Shown here in pieces: positions 9,605 to 19,225 of a DNA stretch of 64,000 nt. The translations under genes and the position numbers were made by a program. The notes beneath the pieces were generated by a model. That model was not told the DNA's origin, made no database searches, and saw only the letters and a program-made list of their open reading frames with translations. The DNA is taken from IMG/VR virus record IMGVR_UViG_3300031963_000058, positions 24,100 through 88,099 of that record, one strand, 5' to 3'. Each line of letters opens with the position of its first letter. Within the stretch, counting starts at the first letter, position 1. Source of the DNA: a virus. Its lineage: Duplodnaviria > Heunggongvirae > Uroviricota > Caudoviricetes.

Positions 9605-9778
9605 ATGATCCTAGAATTTTTTAAAAAAACATTTTCAAAACTATTTAACCGAACTAATCCTATTACGAATAACTATGTGAAGGATTTTTCTGAGACAGAG
9701 CTTTTGGCTAAGCCGGTTAAAAAAAAGTCTTACAAACCTAGACGTAGGCCTAAAGTTTATCCGCCAAAAACGTCTTAA
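9605..9778 (+). CDS. small basic hypothetical protein (57 aa)
   Basis: Unlisted short ORF with a Lys/Arg/Pro-rich C-terminus. Confidence 0.25.
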   Translation: MILEFFKKTFSKLFNRTNPITNNYVKDFSETELLAKPVKKKSYKPRRRPKVYPPKTS

Positions 9779-9803
9779 TTGATTTTTTGCGATAGTTATA
9801 ATT

Positions 9804-10409
9804 ATGAAGACATTTATAACTATAATTCTATTTGTAACAAACTTTGTCGTATCATTAGCACAAGCTGTTGATACGACAATTTTTGTTTGTAGGGGTGATA
9901 CTTTGCATCTAACTAACGAGCAGCACTTAGGTGGTACTTTAAGGCAGAATGGCGTAGTATACGTTATTGATAGTACGACTTGCGACTACAGCACAATACC
10001 TGAGGATTATGTTTTTGATCCCCCATATGACTCTCTATCTTACTCAGAGACATACATTTTAAATTTTGATTCTATTGGAACAGTATACCTAAAGAAAGCC
10101 GATTATGACTTTAATGGGCTTGTATATTTTAGCCATTACAAATATATCGTTAGGGGCTGTAGGTTTCCTGATCACCCTGGTAACGATACTATTGTCGTTC
10201 AGGATAGCATCGTTAATTTTAGCCGTAGCTTGGCTTACAGGGCGATATTAATAACACCCTTTGGTGTCGTACTCTCGATACATGATAGTCCATTAGACGC
10301 CGAATATTTGGCTAATATAAGGGGAAGAAATAGGGGGGGGTTAAATGTATATTATCTAATAGAATATAGAGATGGTGTATATTATGGCGTGAAAATGGTT
10401 TTATTATAA
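9804..10409 (+). CDS. secreted hypothetical protein with signal peptide (201 aa)
   Basis: N-terminal MKTFITIILFVTNFVVSLAQA is an AQA-type signal peptide. Confidence 0.5.
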   Translation: MKTFITIILFVTNFVVSLAQAVDTTIFVCRGDTLHLTNEQHLGGTLRQNGVVYVIDSTTCDYSTIPEDYVFDPPYDSLSYSETYILNFDSIGTVYLKKADYDFNGLVYFSHYKYIVRGCRFPDHPGNDTIVVQDSIVNFSRSLAYRAILITPFGVVLSIHDSPLDAEYLANIRGRNRGGLNVYYLIEYRDGVYYGVKMVLL

Positions 10410-10948
10410 TTTTCCCATTTATATGTGTAGTCAACATTTTCTACACAATAAGATCCGAAACTATTTTTTTTGGCCTTACCTGTGTTATAGTAGCTACACG
10501 CTATTTCCCATGATCCGTATCTATCGTAAAGATATTTTAAAAGTTTCATGCTAATTTCTACATTAAGAGATATGTCGTTTTTAAGTTGTTCGTTATCTAT
10601 ATCTCTTTTAGTAATAAATTCTGCTGTTGATTCTCTTAATTGCATTGGACCCACAGCTCCTACTGATGAAATTAATGCTGGGTTATATTTTGAATCGAAC
10701 GGGCCTCTATACCTGGTTTCCAGGTACGCTATGTTGAATGCAATGTATGTAGGTATCTGATACTCTCTTGATTTCTCGCGGATGGTATTATACATCTTAA
10801 TTGAAATTGGGGAATCATCTTTTTGATGTTGGATAACTTTTGGAACGGGCTTATTCGTTAATAATTCAGATATTTTTTTATAGTAACCAATAGTAAATCC
10901 GATAAATAATGCGACAGTAATCGTTAAAATGTTTTTTAGTTGTTTCAT
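10382..10948 (-). CDS. membrane-anchored lytic transglycosylase (SLT domain)
   Basis: AYLETRYRGP...SSVGAVGPMQL is the SLT catalytic-region pattern (E-S/T...GA.G.MQ). An N-terminal TM segment is present. The start was chosen at the internal Met (MKQLKNIL); the ORF extends to 10981. Confidence 0.7.
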   Translation of the reverse strand: MKQLKNILTITVALFIGFTIGYYKKISELLTNKPVPKVIQHQKDDSPISIKMYNTIREKSREYQIPTYIAFNIAYLETRYRGPFDSKYNPALISSVGAVGPMQLRESTAEFITKRDIDNEQLKNDISLNVEISMKLLKYLYDRYGSWEIACSYYNTGKAKKNSFGSYCVENVDYTYKWENYNKTIFTP

Positions 10949-11028
10949 AGGCAAATGTTTTTTTTTACATGAAGTTATCATGCGTGTTATTATTTGTCAC
11001 CAGTAAAATTTAATTGATTATTTAGGTG

Positions 11029-11373
11029 TTATGAGGTCATCTTATCACCTTTCTTAATTCCTAGTTTTGCGCAAGTGCCACCGGCAACTTCTAGAACTAA
11101 ATTTCCGTAACCACAATATGTTTCACAGCTATCTGTAACACAGGGGGGGCAGTTCTCGTGTATTTTGGTAATTGTACCTTTTTGTATAAAAATAATATCT
11201 AGAGATATTATGCAATTTTTCATCCAGAAACAATGGACATCACTTTCATCTTCAACAAAAAGCATTCCATTATATTCTTCATTAAACTTTTTATTCATCA
11301 TACCCTCACTTCTTTCATCAGGGCTAATGGCTAATTTAACATTAAATTTATTATTATTTATTTTTAATAACAT
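11029..11373 (-). CDS. DUF192 family protein
   Basis: SPDERSEGMM...GMLF...FWMKNC.ISLDIIF...VLEV.GG...GIKKGDK fits the recalled DUF192 / COG1430 pattern. Confidence 0.6.
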   Translation of the reverse strand: MLLKINNNKFNVKLAISPDERSEGMMNKKFNEEYNGMLFVEDESDVHCFWMKNCIISLDIIFIQKGTITKIHENCPPCVTDSCETYCGYGNLVLEVAGGTCAKLGIKKGDKMTS

Positions 11374-11431
11374 TAATAATAAATATTTTACTTTTTAAAA
11401 ATAATATATATAATAGTTATATTACTTAATT

Positions 11432-11845
11432 ATGAATGAATATTCGGGAATAATTTTAAAAAGTAAAGGCAAAATTCTTTTATGTAAAAGAAGTCCAGAT
11501 GCTTCACGTCCTAATGAATGGTCAGTTCCTTCTGGTAAAATTGAGGATAATGAAACGCCTATTCAGGCAGCATATCGCGAATTTTATGAAGAAACAGATA
11601 TTGATCTAGATAAAGAAATATTTTTTTTGGATAAAATAAAAAATATAAGTAGACGAGGATATTTAGATAGTGTGGTATATATTTATTGGGTTGAATACGA
11701 CAAACCAATTATACCTGATTTAAAAAAAGCTAAGGATGGATTTGAGCACACTCAGTGCGGATATTTTTTGCCAAAAAAATTACCGTCGCCAATTAGTGAT
11801 GAATTAACACATCTTATATTTAAAGCATTATCTATTAAAAAATGA
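11432..11845 (+). CDS. Nudix hydrolase
   Basis: GKIEDNETPIQAAYREFYEETDI fits the Nudix box Gx5Ex7REUxEExGU, except that the last Gly is replaced by Asp. Confidence 0.8.
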   Translation: MNEYSGIILKSKGKILLCKRSPDASRPNEWSVPSGKIEDNETPIQAAYREFYEETDIDLDKEIFFLDKIKNISRRGYLDSVVYIYWVEYDKPIIPDLKKAKDGFEHTQCGYFLPKKLPSPISDELTHLIFKALSIKK

Positions 11846-13038
11846 CAATAAGTAAAATCGGTGGAGTTTTTTTCACAGCTATAACAACAGTTAATTCTGT
11901 TACTAGAGAGCGTAGTGAATATTTGGGTGGGGCGAATGTTCAAAATCCTCCCGCCTATATTTGTTGGGCGAACAATGATACTACAGTGGGGGAAGGGTTT
12001 AACTTATATAATATGACGGGCCAAACCGGAACATTTGGTTTTAGTACAAGAATAGCTGTGCCAGGTTCGTTCAATATTAATTATACTCAAGGAATTGATT
12101 TTCATCCATCAAATAGTATTTTGGCGTTAGGCGGGCTTTCATCACCACGCCTAAATATGTATTCATTAACAGGAGGGACGTCCCCACTTGGAACACTATT
12201 AACTAATCCATCAGATATCACAACAGTAATCACAAGTACTGTTAATAAACTCAGGTTTAGCCCGGATGGTAATGTTCTAACAATTCCTATTGCTGATAGT
12301 AATTGCTTTGCATCATATAATGTAACAGGTTCTACATCAAATCCTCCGTTAGGTACAAAACTTTCAAATCCAGGGTCATTCCCAACAAGTGCGACATTTT
12401 GCCTTTGTTGCGGTTGGCATCCAGATAGTAATTATTTAGCTATAGGGGCCACATCAGCAACAAACGATGGGGCATTAAATATATACCCTGTTTCAGGATC
12501 TCCTTTGGCTTATGGTACAAAAATAGTGATAGATACTTCAGGTGGTGATTTTAGAGATGTTAAATTTTCACCTAAAGGTGATATGTTAATAGCTTCCACA
12601 ACAACAACAAACACTCCTGTTGCAACTGTGTGTATTTTCCCTTGGACAGGTAATGGTGTTGGTACAAGATATATAAATCCAACCACATTTATAACATCTG
12701 TATCAGCAGCTTTCAGTTCAGATCAGAAGTATGTGGCGTTAGCATTTAATTCACCACCAGTTTTTAGAATTTATAATTGGACTGGTTCAAATAATGCTGA
12801 TTATGGTTTCGGTACAGAAATAACTCTTACAACAACTCTTCCAGGCACCAATCCTAGAATTATCAAATGGTTTGGAATTAATGATAGGTATATTATAACA
12901 GCAGGAGACACAACACCAAAAGCTAACGTTTATGTTTGGGGGGCAAATGGAGTTTCAGGTAATATAGCATATAAATTGGCATTACCTGCTCAAGAACCAA
13001 CTAGAACATCATTAGATCTTGCAAATTCATTTGCATAA
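11842..13038 (+). CDS. Ser/Thr/Gly/Asn-rich hypothetical protein, possibly beta-rich structural or lectin-like (398 aa)
   Basis: Long ORF with low-complexity T/S/G/N-rich beta-like composition. Its start overlaps the Nudix stop. Confidence 0.5.
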   Translation: MTISKIGGVFFTAITTVNSVTRERSEYLGGANVQNPPAYICWANNDTTVGEGFNLYNMTGQTGTFGFSTRIAVPGSFNINYTQGIDFHPSNSILALGGLSSPRLNMYSLTGGTSPLGTLLTNPSDITTVITSTVNKLRFSPDGNVLTIPIADSNCFASYNVTGSTSNPPLGTKLSNPGSFPTSATFCLCCGWHPDSNYLAIGATSATNDGALNIYPVSGSPLAYGTKIVIDTSGGDFRDVKFSPKGDMLIASTTTTNTPVATVCIFPWTGNGVGTRYINPTTFITSVSAAFSSDQKYVALAFNSPPVFRIYNWTGSNNADYGFGTEITLTTTLPGTNPRIIKWFGINDRYIITAGDTTPKANVYVWGANGVSGNIAYKLALPAQEPTRTSLDLANSFA

Positions 13039-13063
13039 ATAAAAAAAATAAAAAAACAAAAAA

Positions 13064-13453
13064 ATGATAAATTCTGTTAGCGAAGAGCAAAAATTAAAAA
13101 CATTAGCAATAAATACTGTAAGTAGAGAGCTCGAAGTAAATTCATACGATTTAAATATTCGTAATTATAAAGCAATTTTAGATTCGTTACCAACGGGCGA
13201 ATGGCCTGTAGAGATTTTACAATATAAATATTTAGATATAGCCTCAGTTCCGCACGAACATGTTGAAAATGTTTCTAAATTTAATTTTAGAGATAGATTA
13301 GATTATTTACTAAGAACTGAAGTTAATGAACGGACTAAATCTTTTATGTTATATCAGGCAATGTATAATCAATTACCTGATGACAGGCTTGAAGAATTAT
13401 TAACGTTTGCTTATAATTATATTACCACACCTCAAAATACAACACCCGTATAA
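13064..13453 (+). CDS. hypothetical protein (129 aa)
   Basis: ORF. Confidence 0.45.
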   Translation: MINSVSEEQKLKTLAINTVSRELEVNSYDLNIRNYKAILDSLPTGEWPVEILQYKYLDIASVPHEHVENVSKFNFRDRLDYLLRTEVNERTKSFMLYQAMYNQLPDDRLEELLTFAYNYITTPQNTTPV

Positions 13454-13729
13454 ACATATGAAATTTACAATTTTTACTGGGTTTTATAAGTAAAATAAAT
13501 GATAGAGAAGATGTTGACACTTTGGGAAATTATTTAGATAATTGTATACCAAAAAAACAACTTGTTATTAGTAGTGATCGTGAATTACAACCTGTTATAG
13601 AAGAAATGTTACAAAGTAAAAGATTTTCCTGGTTTTGGTTTATCTTGAATAAATATCATGTTGTTGTAAATTTTTCTTAAAAACTACTTGACTAATCTGA
13701 TAAATATTGATATTTATTGTTCGTTATAT

Positions 13730-13801
13730 TGCGGAGTGGAAAAAGGGTTACTTCATTAGGCTCATAACCTAAAGGTCCTGGTTCGAGTCCAGGCTCCGCC
13801 A
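13730..13801 (+). tRNA. tRNA with CAT anticodon (Met or Ile2/lysidine type)
   Basis: Cloverleaf folded by hand. Acceptor GCGGAG pairs with CTCCGC, and U8 is present. D-arm GAA/TTC with GGG in the loop. Anticodon stem TTAGG/CCTAA with loop CTCATAA (U33, CAT, A37). T-arm CCTGG-TTCGAGT-CCAGG. The anticodon stem is not the GGG/CCC initiator type. Confidence 0.6.
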
Positions 13802-14700
13802 CAAATTAGTTCTTTGATAGAAGATATTGGCCGTGTGTGGTCATTAAATAAACTGCGAAAGCAGGATAAAGTGGTTAGTATGCTAAAAACATACTACTGC
13901 GGCTTGTTACCGAGCTTGAGCACACAAGTGAGATATTATTATTCCTCAGTAGTTGAGGCCGACGGTGTAGGCGAAATGGAGTAATAATCCCGTAAATGTG
14001 GATTGCGGGGTTGAGGTCGGAAGACCAATAAGATTAACTCATAGGGTTCTTGCAAGAGATTAGGAATATCCAGTCTAATTATTGCGGTATCCAATGTAAT
14101 AGGTGTCTTAAAACCGAAAGGTAATGTAGTATTTCAGGTGGTGCTGGTATTACGCTCCTTACAGATTACCAGTCTGTATCGAAGAGATGTCTTGAAGCAT
14201 GATGATGGGGACATCATATCGAGTTGTAAAGTATTATTTAACTCAAAAGGTTAGATAGCTTTGACGGTAGACCGCAACTTGATTTTATCCACAACTTAAC
14301 TAAAAAAGTTCATTATTTATGTTTAGAATGAATAACTACTGAATAATTATAGCAAAAGTGTCTACCGGACGCTACGAAAAGAAATGCCTACATAGTCACG
14401 AGCAGTTCGTGGCATATAATGACCGCAAGTTGTTATGTATTCTTACAAAATATCTCTAGGCCCTCGAAAGCTTAGTCAGTCTTGCCGGATTGAAGAGAAT
14501 AGATTAGTAAGAGAGAGAGTAGCGTCAAGAATGTGTGACTCACATAAAAGTCGGCATTGGTTGCTACCATCCAAAAGATGTTAGTGGATATTAAGGGAAC
14601 CAATAATCCTTATAAAGGCAACTGTTAAAAAGTGTAATCTCAGCTTTTTATTTTTTATTACCTCATTTTAGAAAATTGCCATAAATTTGTGGCTTAGTTA
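13802..14700. ncRNA. ORF-free, GC-elevated ~0.9 kb segment; candidate structured non-coding RNA or degenerate region
   Basis: No ORF of 60 aa or more on either strand, despite gene-dense flanks. Composition is visibly GC-richer than the surroundings. It lies directly downstream of the tRNA. Confidence 0.3.
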
Positions 14701-14702
14701 TA

Positions 14703-15026
14703 ATGACCGGCACTCTGCTGGTCATTTCTTTTGTAACATTTAAAATTAAAAAAATGGATTTCAGAACTAAAGCACAATTATTGGTAATCTCCGGATTCAA
14801 AGTAGATGATTTTTATGTCGGAAAATCAGGCAAGATTTATGTTATAAATCGAGGTTCTAATTTCATTAACTTCTCAGATGGATCAAATATATTGATTTGT
14901 AAATCAAGGTTAGGATTTACTTTTCTAAAGGGTAATCGATTAGAAAGCACTTTATCAAATATTGAAGAATATTTGCGTAATTTAGAGTATTTATATAAAT
15001 ATGAGAAAGAGGCAATTGATATATGA
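14703..15026 (+). CDS. hypothetical protein (107 aa; alternative start MDFRTK at 14754)
   Basis: ORF. Confidence 0.4.
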   Translation: MTGTLLVISFVTFKIKKMDFRTKAQLLVISGFKVDDFYVGKSGKIYVINRGSNFINFSDGSNILICKSRLGFTFLKGNRLESTLSNIEEYLRNLEYLYKYEKEAIDI

Positions 15027-15588
15027 GACATTTTCTCAGCCGTCAAATTATAGTACTTATTTAGCTGATGATAATAGAGTTTATTCAACCTTTTCTGTCG
15101 ATGGGTTTGAGTATATAATAGATGTATTATTTATTGAGGTTGAAGATGATTCTAATCGTTTAGAGTTAACATATGACGTACTAGTTGACTTAAGAAGTGT
15201 TGGTAGAAAATATAAATTAACAAAAAACAATCATCCTTTCAAATTAGCGTCTAATATAATTTGGCTTTTAGATTACCTTATGGGTCGTTATTCAGTTATT
15301 AAAACATATCAAAATTTAAAATCTTTTATTTGTATTAAATCAATTATTTATAAGCCTTTATTTATTTGGGATAAAGAATTTTTAAAAGCCATAAAATTTA
15401 TGTTTAAAAATTCATTATCACCATATACTGAAAATGACTATAAAGAAGCAATAAATAAAAGAGATAAATTTTTCCGATATTGTATTGAAAAATATGTACA
15501 AGAAAAAGGTGTTAGAGTTAAATTTGAAAGCTGGTCGTCTTTTAAAGATCATATAACAGCAAGATTTATTCCTGGGTTAAAAATTTAG
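15001..15588 (+). CDS. hypothetical protein (195 aa)
   Basis: ORF. The antisense ORF 14837..15088 is rejected. Confidence 0.5.
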   Translation: MRKRQLIYETFSQPSNYSTYLADDNRVYSTFSVDGFEYIIDVLFIEVEDDSNRLELTYDVLVDLRSVGRKYKLTKNNHPFKLASNIIWLLDYLMGRYSVIKTYQNLKSFICIKSIIYKPLFIWDKEFLKAIKFMFKNSLSPYTENDYKEAINKRDKFFRYCIEKYVQEKGVRVKFESWSSFKDHITARFIPGLKI

Positions 15589-15621
15589 GTAGAATATTTT
15601 ATTTATTCAGAAAAGATTTTG

Positions 15622-15629
15622 TATCTTTG
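15622..15629 (+). promoter_or_regulatory. Bacteroidota-type -7 promoter box TATCTTTG
   Basis: TAnnTTTG motif about 15 nt upstream of the ATG at 15644. Confidence 0.5.
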
Positions 15630-15643
15630 TCCTATCAAAAAAA

Positions 15644-15937
15644 ATGAACATGGACACAACAAAAATTTGCCGAGTAAAAATAATTCACGAAAAATTTGGT
15701 CTGATTTGCGATGAGACATTTTTAAATCCTACGCAATTTAAACTATTCCTTAAATCTATTGATGGGTGTCTAAATGGAGAAAACCACCTGAGATTTTTTA
15801 ATGGGGAGGATTTTCTTATCAACATTCCAAATGTTGTATTAAAAAATTGTATAGTTTCCACCTCAGTCATAGCTAAACTTACTGATGGTGAAATTATACT
15901 TGAAAACCTACGTTCAGGCCTAGAACAAAAAGTGTGA
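15644..15937 (+). CDS. hypothetical protein (97 aa)
   Basis: ORF preceded by a TAnnTTTG box. The antisense ORF 15685..15996 is rejected. Confidence 0.5.
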   Translation: MNMDTTKICRVKIIHEKFGLICDETFLNPTQFKLFLKSIDGCLNGENHLRFFNGEDFLINIPNVVLKNCIVSTSVIAKLTDGEIILENLRSGLEQKV

Positions 15938-15938
15938 T

Positions 15939-16547
15939 ATGAAAATAAAGATAATTGGAGATGCTCATGGTGAGCTGAGAAAATACAAAAAAGCAATCAA
16001 AGATTGTCACATGTCCATATGTGTTGGTGATTTTGGTTTTAAAAAAGAATGGACTTGGCATATCAAAAATATTGGACCTAATCATTGGATTAATCCTGGT
16101 AATCACGACTATATGCCTATGGCCGTAAAAGACGAATATCCGTCAACAGGCAATAGCAAATACTTTGAGGAATATTCAATTTTTACAGTTAGAGGTGCTG
16201 ATTCTATTGACAAACATCATAGGGTTGAAGGTAAAACTTTCTTCAGTAATGAAGAGATGAGTTACGCTGAAAGCCTACAAGTTGTTGATAACTATCTTAA
16301 AATTAAACCTAAAATAGTAGTATCTCATGATTGCCCACAAAGAATTATGAGTATGCTATTTGGTTATACGGATAAATCTACAACCAGGCAAGCACTACAA
16401 GCTATGCTTGATGATCATAAACCGGATTTTTGGATCTTCGGACATCATCATCATTCTTTGAATGAAATAATTGATGGTGTTAGATTTATCTGCCTCGATG
16501 AACTTGAACAATACATTTTTAACTTTAATGACATTAATAATGGATAA
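15939..16547 (+). CDS. calcineurin-like metallophosphoesterase
   Basis: Motifs GDAHG, VGDFG, GNHD and GHHH appear in the canonical order for this fold. Confidence 0.8.
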   Translation: MKIKIIGDAHGELRKYKKAIKDCHMSICVGDFGFKKEWTWHIKNIGPNHWINPGNHDYMPMAVKDEYPSTGNSKYFEEYSIFTVRGADSIDKHHRVEGKTFFSNEEMSYAESLQVVDNYLKIKPKIVVSHDCPQRIMSMLFGYTDKSTTRQALQAMLDDHKPDFWIFGHHHHSLNEIIDGVRFICLDELEQYIFNFNDINNG

Positions 16548-16794
16548 CGATAATATCATAAAAGATCTTGTTAACATGATGTTTAAACATGCTGAAGTCA
16601 ATGTTACTTACGATGACGTAGTAAATAGGCAAGATGCATGGTATCATGATTGGACTATAACCGAAGAAAAAGAAAAATCGTTTAAACAAGAGGCAATTAA
16701 ACATGTGCAGAAATTAAAAAAATGGCCAAAATATATTGCTGAAAGCAATGTTAATTTTTTTATTTGTAACTATGGTCTTAAAAGATCTGATTAG
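16540..16794 (+). CDS. hypothetical protein (84 aa)
   Basis: The start ATG overlaps the stop of the upstream gene (ATGGATAA). The listed ORF extends to 16471, but that part lies inside the previous gene. Confidence 0.45.
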   Translation: MDNDNIIKDLVNMMFKHAEVNVTYDDVVNRQDAWYHDWTITEEKEKSFKQEAIKHVQKLKKWPKYIAESNVNFFICNYGLKRSD

Positions 16795-16809
16795 TGATAT
16801 TTATTTAAT

Positions 16810-17097
16810 ATGGCCAAAATTATAATAACAACGGAACAATTAGCGACTCTCGTTAGAGAGCCATCTCAGGATGGGGAAGATCTTAAAACTAAGTTACATG
16901 AGATGTCAGTAATTTGTGAAAATTTGTGGCAAGTTATTGAATCTGAACAATATCAAATGACTGAAAATTTAAGAGATAAAATATCTGTATGCCATTCTGA
17001 GATAATTAACATTGCGAGAATTGTTAATTCTGGAGATATTAAGAATAATAAAAACCCCAATATAAATTTCGACGATTTAATTATAGGTACAAAATGA
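16810..17097 (+). CDS. hypothetical protein (95 aa)
   Basis: ORF. Confidence 0.45.
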   Translation: MAKIIITTEQLATLVREPSQDGEDLKTKLHEMSVICENLWQVIESEQYQMTENLRDKISVCHSEIINIARIVNSGDIKNNKNPNINFDDLIIGTK

Positions 17098-17270
17098 ATG
17101 ACAGGCTTTTTGAAGAATTACTTTGGAGATCAGAAAAATTAGGTTGTTATGGTGAAGTTCTGGACGAGGTTATTAGAACGAAAAACGCTGATCCGGCAAA
17201 AGAACTAGCGGATATTGCACAAGAAGTTTTAATTACGTTGTTTGGAGAAGAGGAATTATTTAATAAGTAG
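17094..17270 (+). CDS. small acidic hypothetical protein (58 aa)
   Basis: Unlisted ORF; its ATG overlaps the upstream stop (ATGA). It is followed by a strong terminator. Confidence 0.3.
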   Translation: MNDRLFEELLWRSEKLGCYGEVLDEVIRTKNADPAKELADIAQEVLITLFGEEELFNK

Positions 17271-17292
17271 ATTTTAGCAACTATTTACTTAA

Positions 17293-17332
17293 TAGCTTTT
17301 ACGCACTAAATAAGCGTAAAAGCTATTTTTTT
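17293..17332 (+). terminator. Intrinsic terminator hairpin (TAGCTTTTACGC / GCGTAAAAGCTA, 12-bp stem) plus a T7 run
   Basis: Perfect inverted repeat and T-run ahead of the gene at 17335. Confidence 0.7.
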
Positions 17333-17334
17333 AT

Positions 17335-17694
17335 ATGAAAGTCAAATTATCAGTTTCGGAGTTAGTACTATTTCATTTAGTGCAAAGGTTTGTATACCAG
17401 TATCATACACTATTTTCAGTACATAAAACGCATGGGGCCTTAGAAGACCTAACCAAATTATGGTTTATAAAAATATTCGTCAATAACGATTATTTCCAGA
17501 ACATGCCAAATTCATATTTAGTTGATTATGAGATAGATCAGCTTAAAAATTTATTAATAGTGTTTAGAGGTGCTTTAACATACCATAGTTTTTATGTATC
17601 TTTAGACAAACCCATCAACTCGTGTGTAAAATACGCAAACAACGAGTTTTCGGAAGATGACATTAACATTTTTTCAATTGAATATTTACTATGA
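17335..17694 (+). CDS. hypothetical protein (119 aa)
   Basis: ORF. Confidence 0.45.
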   Translation: MKVKLSVSELVLFHLVQRFVYQYHTLFSVHKTHGALEDLTKLWFIKIFVNNDYFQNMPNSYLVDYEIDQLKNLLIVFRGALTYHSFYVSLDKPINSCVKYANNEFSEDDINIFSIEYLL

Positions 17695-18380
17695 ACAGAA
17701 AGATTACAGTAGAACTTATTGGCTACTATGGTAGCGATAAAACCCATGCTCAAAGTGCTTGGACATCCACAGACAGAGAAATCACAGATGAGAAACTTGA
17801 AAGGATGCCAGATCTATTGAAATATCTAGCAGAGCATAAACATGAAACACCTTTTGAGAAATCACTATTCCACTTTAATATAGAGGTGGAACAGGCCTCA
17901 CACATCCACACATTAAAGCACAGGATTGGCGTTTCGGTAAATGGTGAGTCTGCAAGATACAAAGAACTCACAGACAAATTTTACATTCCTGAAGATTGGG
18001 AGGGAGTTAAAATAAATGACATCAGTGATATTCCTTATTTGGATATGAATAAAGTTTCAGTTGAAACTTGGGCAGATATGCTTAGAGTTTATACTGAATT
18101 GGGGAACTTTTTATATCACAGATCCGCCAGTGAACTAACACCTGTATTGACAAGAAAAAGGGCAAAGGAAAGCTCTCGTTTCTTTAGGACAATGAACTCT
18201 ATGCTGACATTGGATACATCTTTTAACTGGAGATCATTTTATCATTTTTATATGCTTAGAGCCGATAAAACAGCTCAGCTTGAGATCCACATGGTTGCTG
18301 ATAAGATGCTTGAGTGCATTAAAAATATACCAGGAAATCCTTTTAAATACACATTATCCGCTCACGGGTTGGATAAATAA
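17691..18380 (+). CDS. thyX: FAD-dependent thymidylate synthase ThyX
   Basis: HKHETPFEKSLFHFNIEV, the ThyX signature KHRIGVSVNGESARY (RHRx7-8SxRY) and FNWRSFYHFYMLRADKTAQLEI align with conserved ThyX blocks. Length is 229 aa. Confidence 0.8.
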   Translation: MNRKITVELIGYYGSDKTHAQSAWTSTDREITDEKLERMPDLLKYLAEHKHETPFEKSLFHFNIEVEQASHIHTLKHRIGVSVNGESARYKELTDKFYIPEDWEGVKINDISDIPYLDMNKVSVETWADMLRVYTELGNFLYHRSASELTPVLTRKRAKESSRFFRTMNSMLTLDTSFNWRSFYHFYMLRADKTAQLEIHMVADKMLECIKNIPGNPFKYTLSAHGLDK

Positions 18381-18413
18381 TTTCTTCAGATATTTATATA
18401 AAAAAATACTATT

Positions 18414-18851
18414 ATGAGCAAATTTACGAAGGCTGACTTGATCAATTCATTGATCGGCGAGCAAGACACTGTTAAAATAACAAAAACTGAAGGTGTTGAT
18501 ATGTTTGTATCGGATATATTAACATCCAGGAATCAATCTCATGTTTTTCATTTACAAACAAAATCATATGCAGAGCACAAGGCGTTGGGCTCATATTATG
18601 AGGGTATTGGTGATTTAATTGATGGATTTGTTGAATCTTATCAAGGGAAATACGGCATAATTGGAAGTTTTGACTGTGAAGGTATTGAGAATTACAGTAG
18701 TTCAGAACAAGTAATCTCTTATTTTAAAGGCCTAGCAGATAACATCGAAATATCCAGGAAAGAGATAAAAGATTCTTATCTTCAAAATCAGGTAGATACT
18801 ATATTGGAATTAATATATTCTACCTTGTATAAACTAAAATACCTAAGTTAA
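18414..18851 (+). CDS. hypothetical protein (145 aa), possibly a ferritin/Dps-like helical fold
   Basis: ORF with only a weak resemblance to Dps N-terminal helices. Confidence 0.4.
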   Translation: MSKFTKADLINSLIGEQDTVKITKTEGVDMFVSDILTSRNQSHVFHLQTKSYAEHKALGSYYEGIGDLIDGFVESYQGKYGIIGSFDCEGIENYSSSEQVISYFKGLADNIEISRKEIKDSYLQNQVDTILELIYSTLYKLKYLS

Positions 18852-18854
18852 ATT

Positions 18855-19175
18855 ATGGAACAAACATTGTGTTTAACATCAAAAAACCAAGATACGGTTT
18901 TTTCAACAAAATTATCTAGAAATTTATGTGAAATTGCGACAAATGTTGGCCTTTATAGAATTCTTTGGAAACCTAATGCGGTTGGAATAAAAGCTGCCAG
19001 AGAATTGATAAAACCTATAAGCAGTGGCCTAGATAAATTAAAAGAACAAGAAGACGTTTATATAAACTCAGAAGATGAGAAGATAAAAACTGCTTACAAA
19101 GAATTTATCCCATTATTGGAGAATTATCTCAGAGCGTGTAAAATGTTTCCTAATTCTTTTGTTGATGTTAATTAA
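18855..19175 (+). CDS. hypothetical protein (106 aa)
   Basis: ORF followed by a hairpin. Confidence 0.45.
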   Translation: MEQTLCLTSKNQDTVFSTKLSRNLCEIATNVGLYRILWKPNAVGIKAARELIKPISSGLDKLKEQEDVYINSEDEKIKTAYKEFIPLLENYLRACKMFPNSFVDVN

Positions 19176-19180
19176 CTGAA

Positions 19181-19210
19181 AGCCCCCACCTAAAATGGGG
19201 GCTAATTTGC
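19181..19210 (+). terminator. Hairpin AGCCCCCA / TGGGGGCT followed by a T-rich tract
   Basis: 8-bp GC-rich stem separating the upstream genes from the 10-gene paralogue block. Confidence 0.55.
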
Positions 19211-19225
19211 TATTATATAATTTGT

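Noticed and set aside
13802-14700. tmRNA, RNase P RNA or a group II intron as the identity of the ORF-free segment
   Set aside because: No tag-peptide reading frame ending in ALAA-like residues and no terminal tRNA-like T-arm were found. The conserved RNase P motifs (GGAAAGTCCGGGCTCC-like) and a group II domain V consensus are absent on inspection. It is kept only as an unclassified candidate structured RNA.
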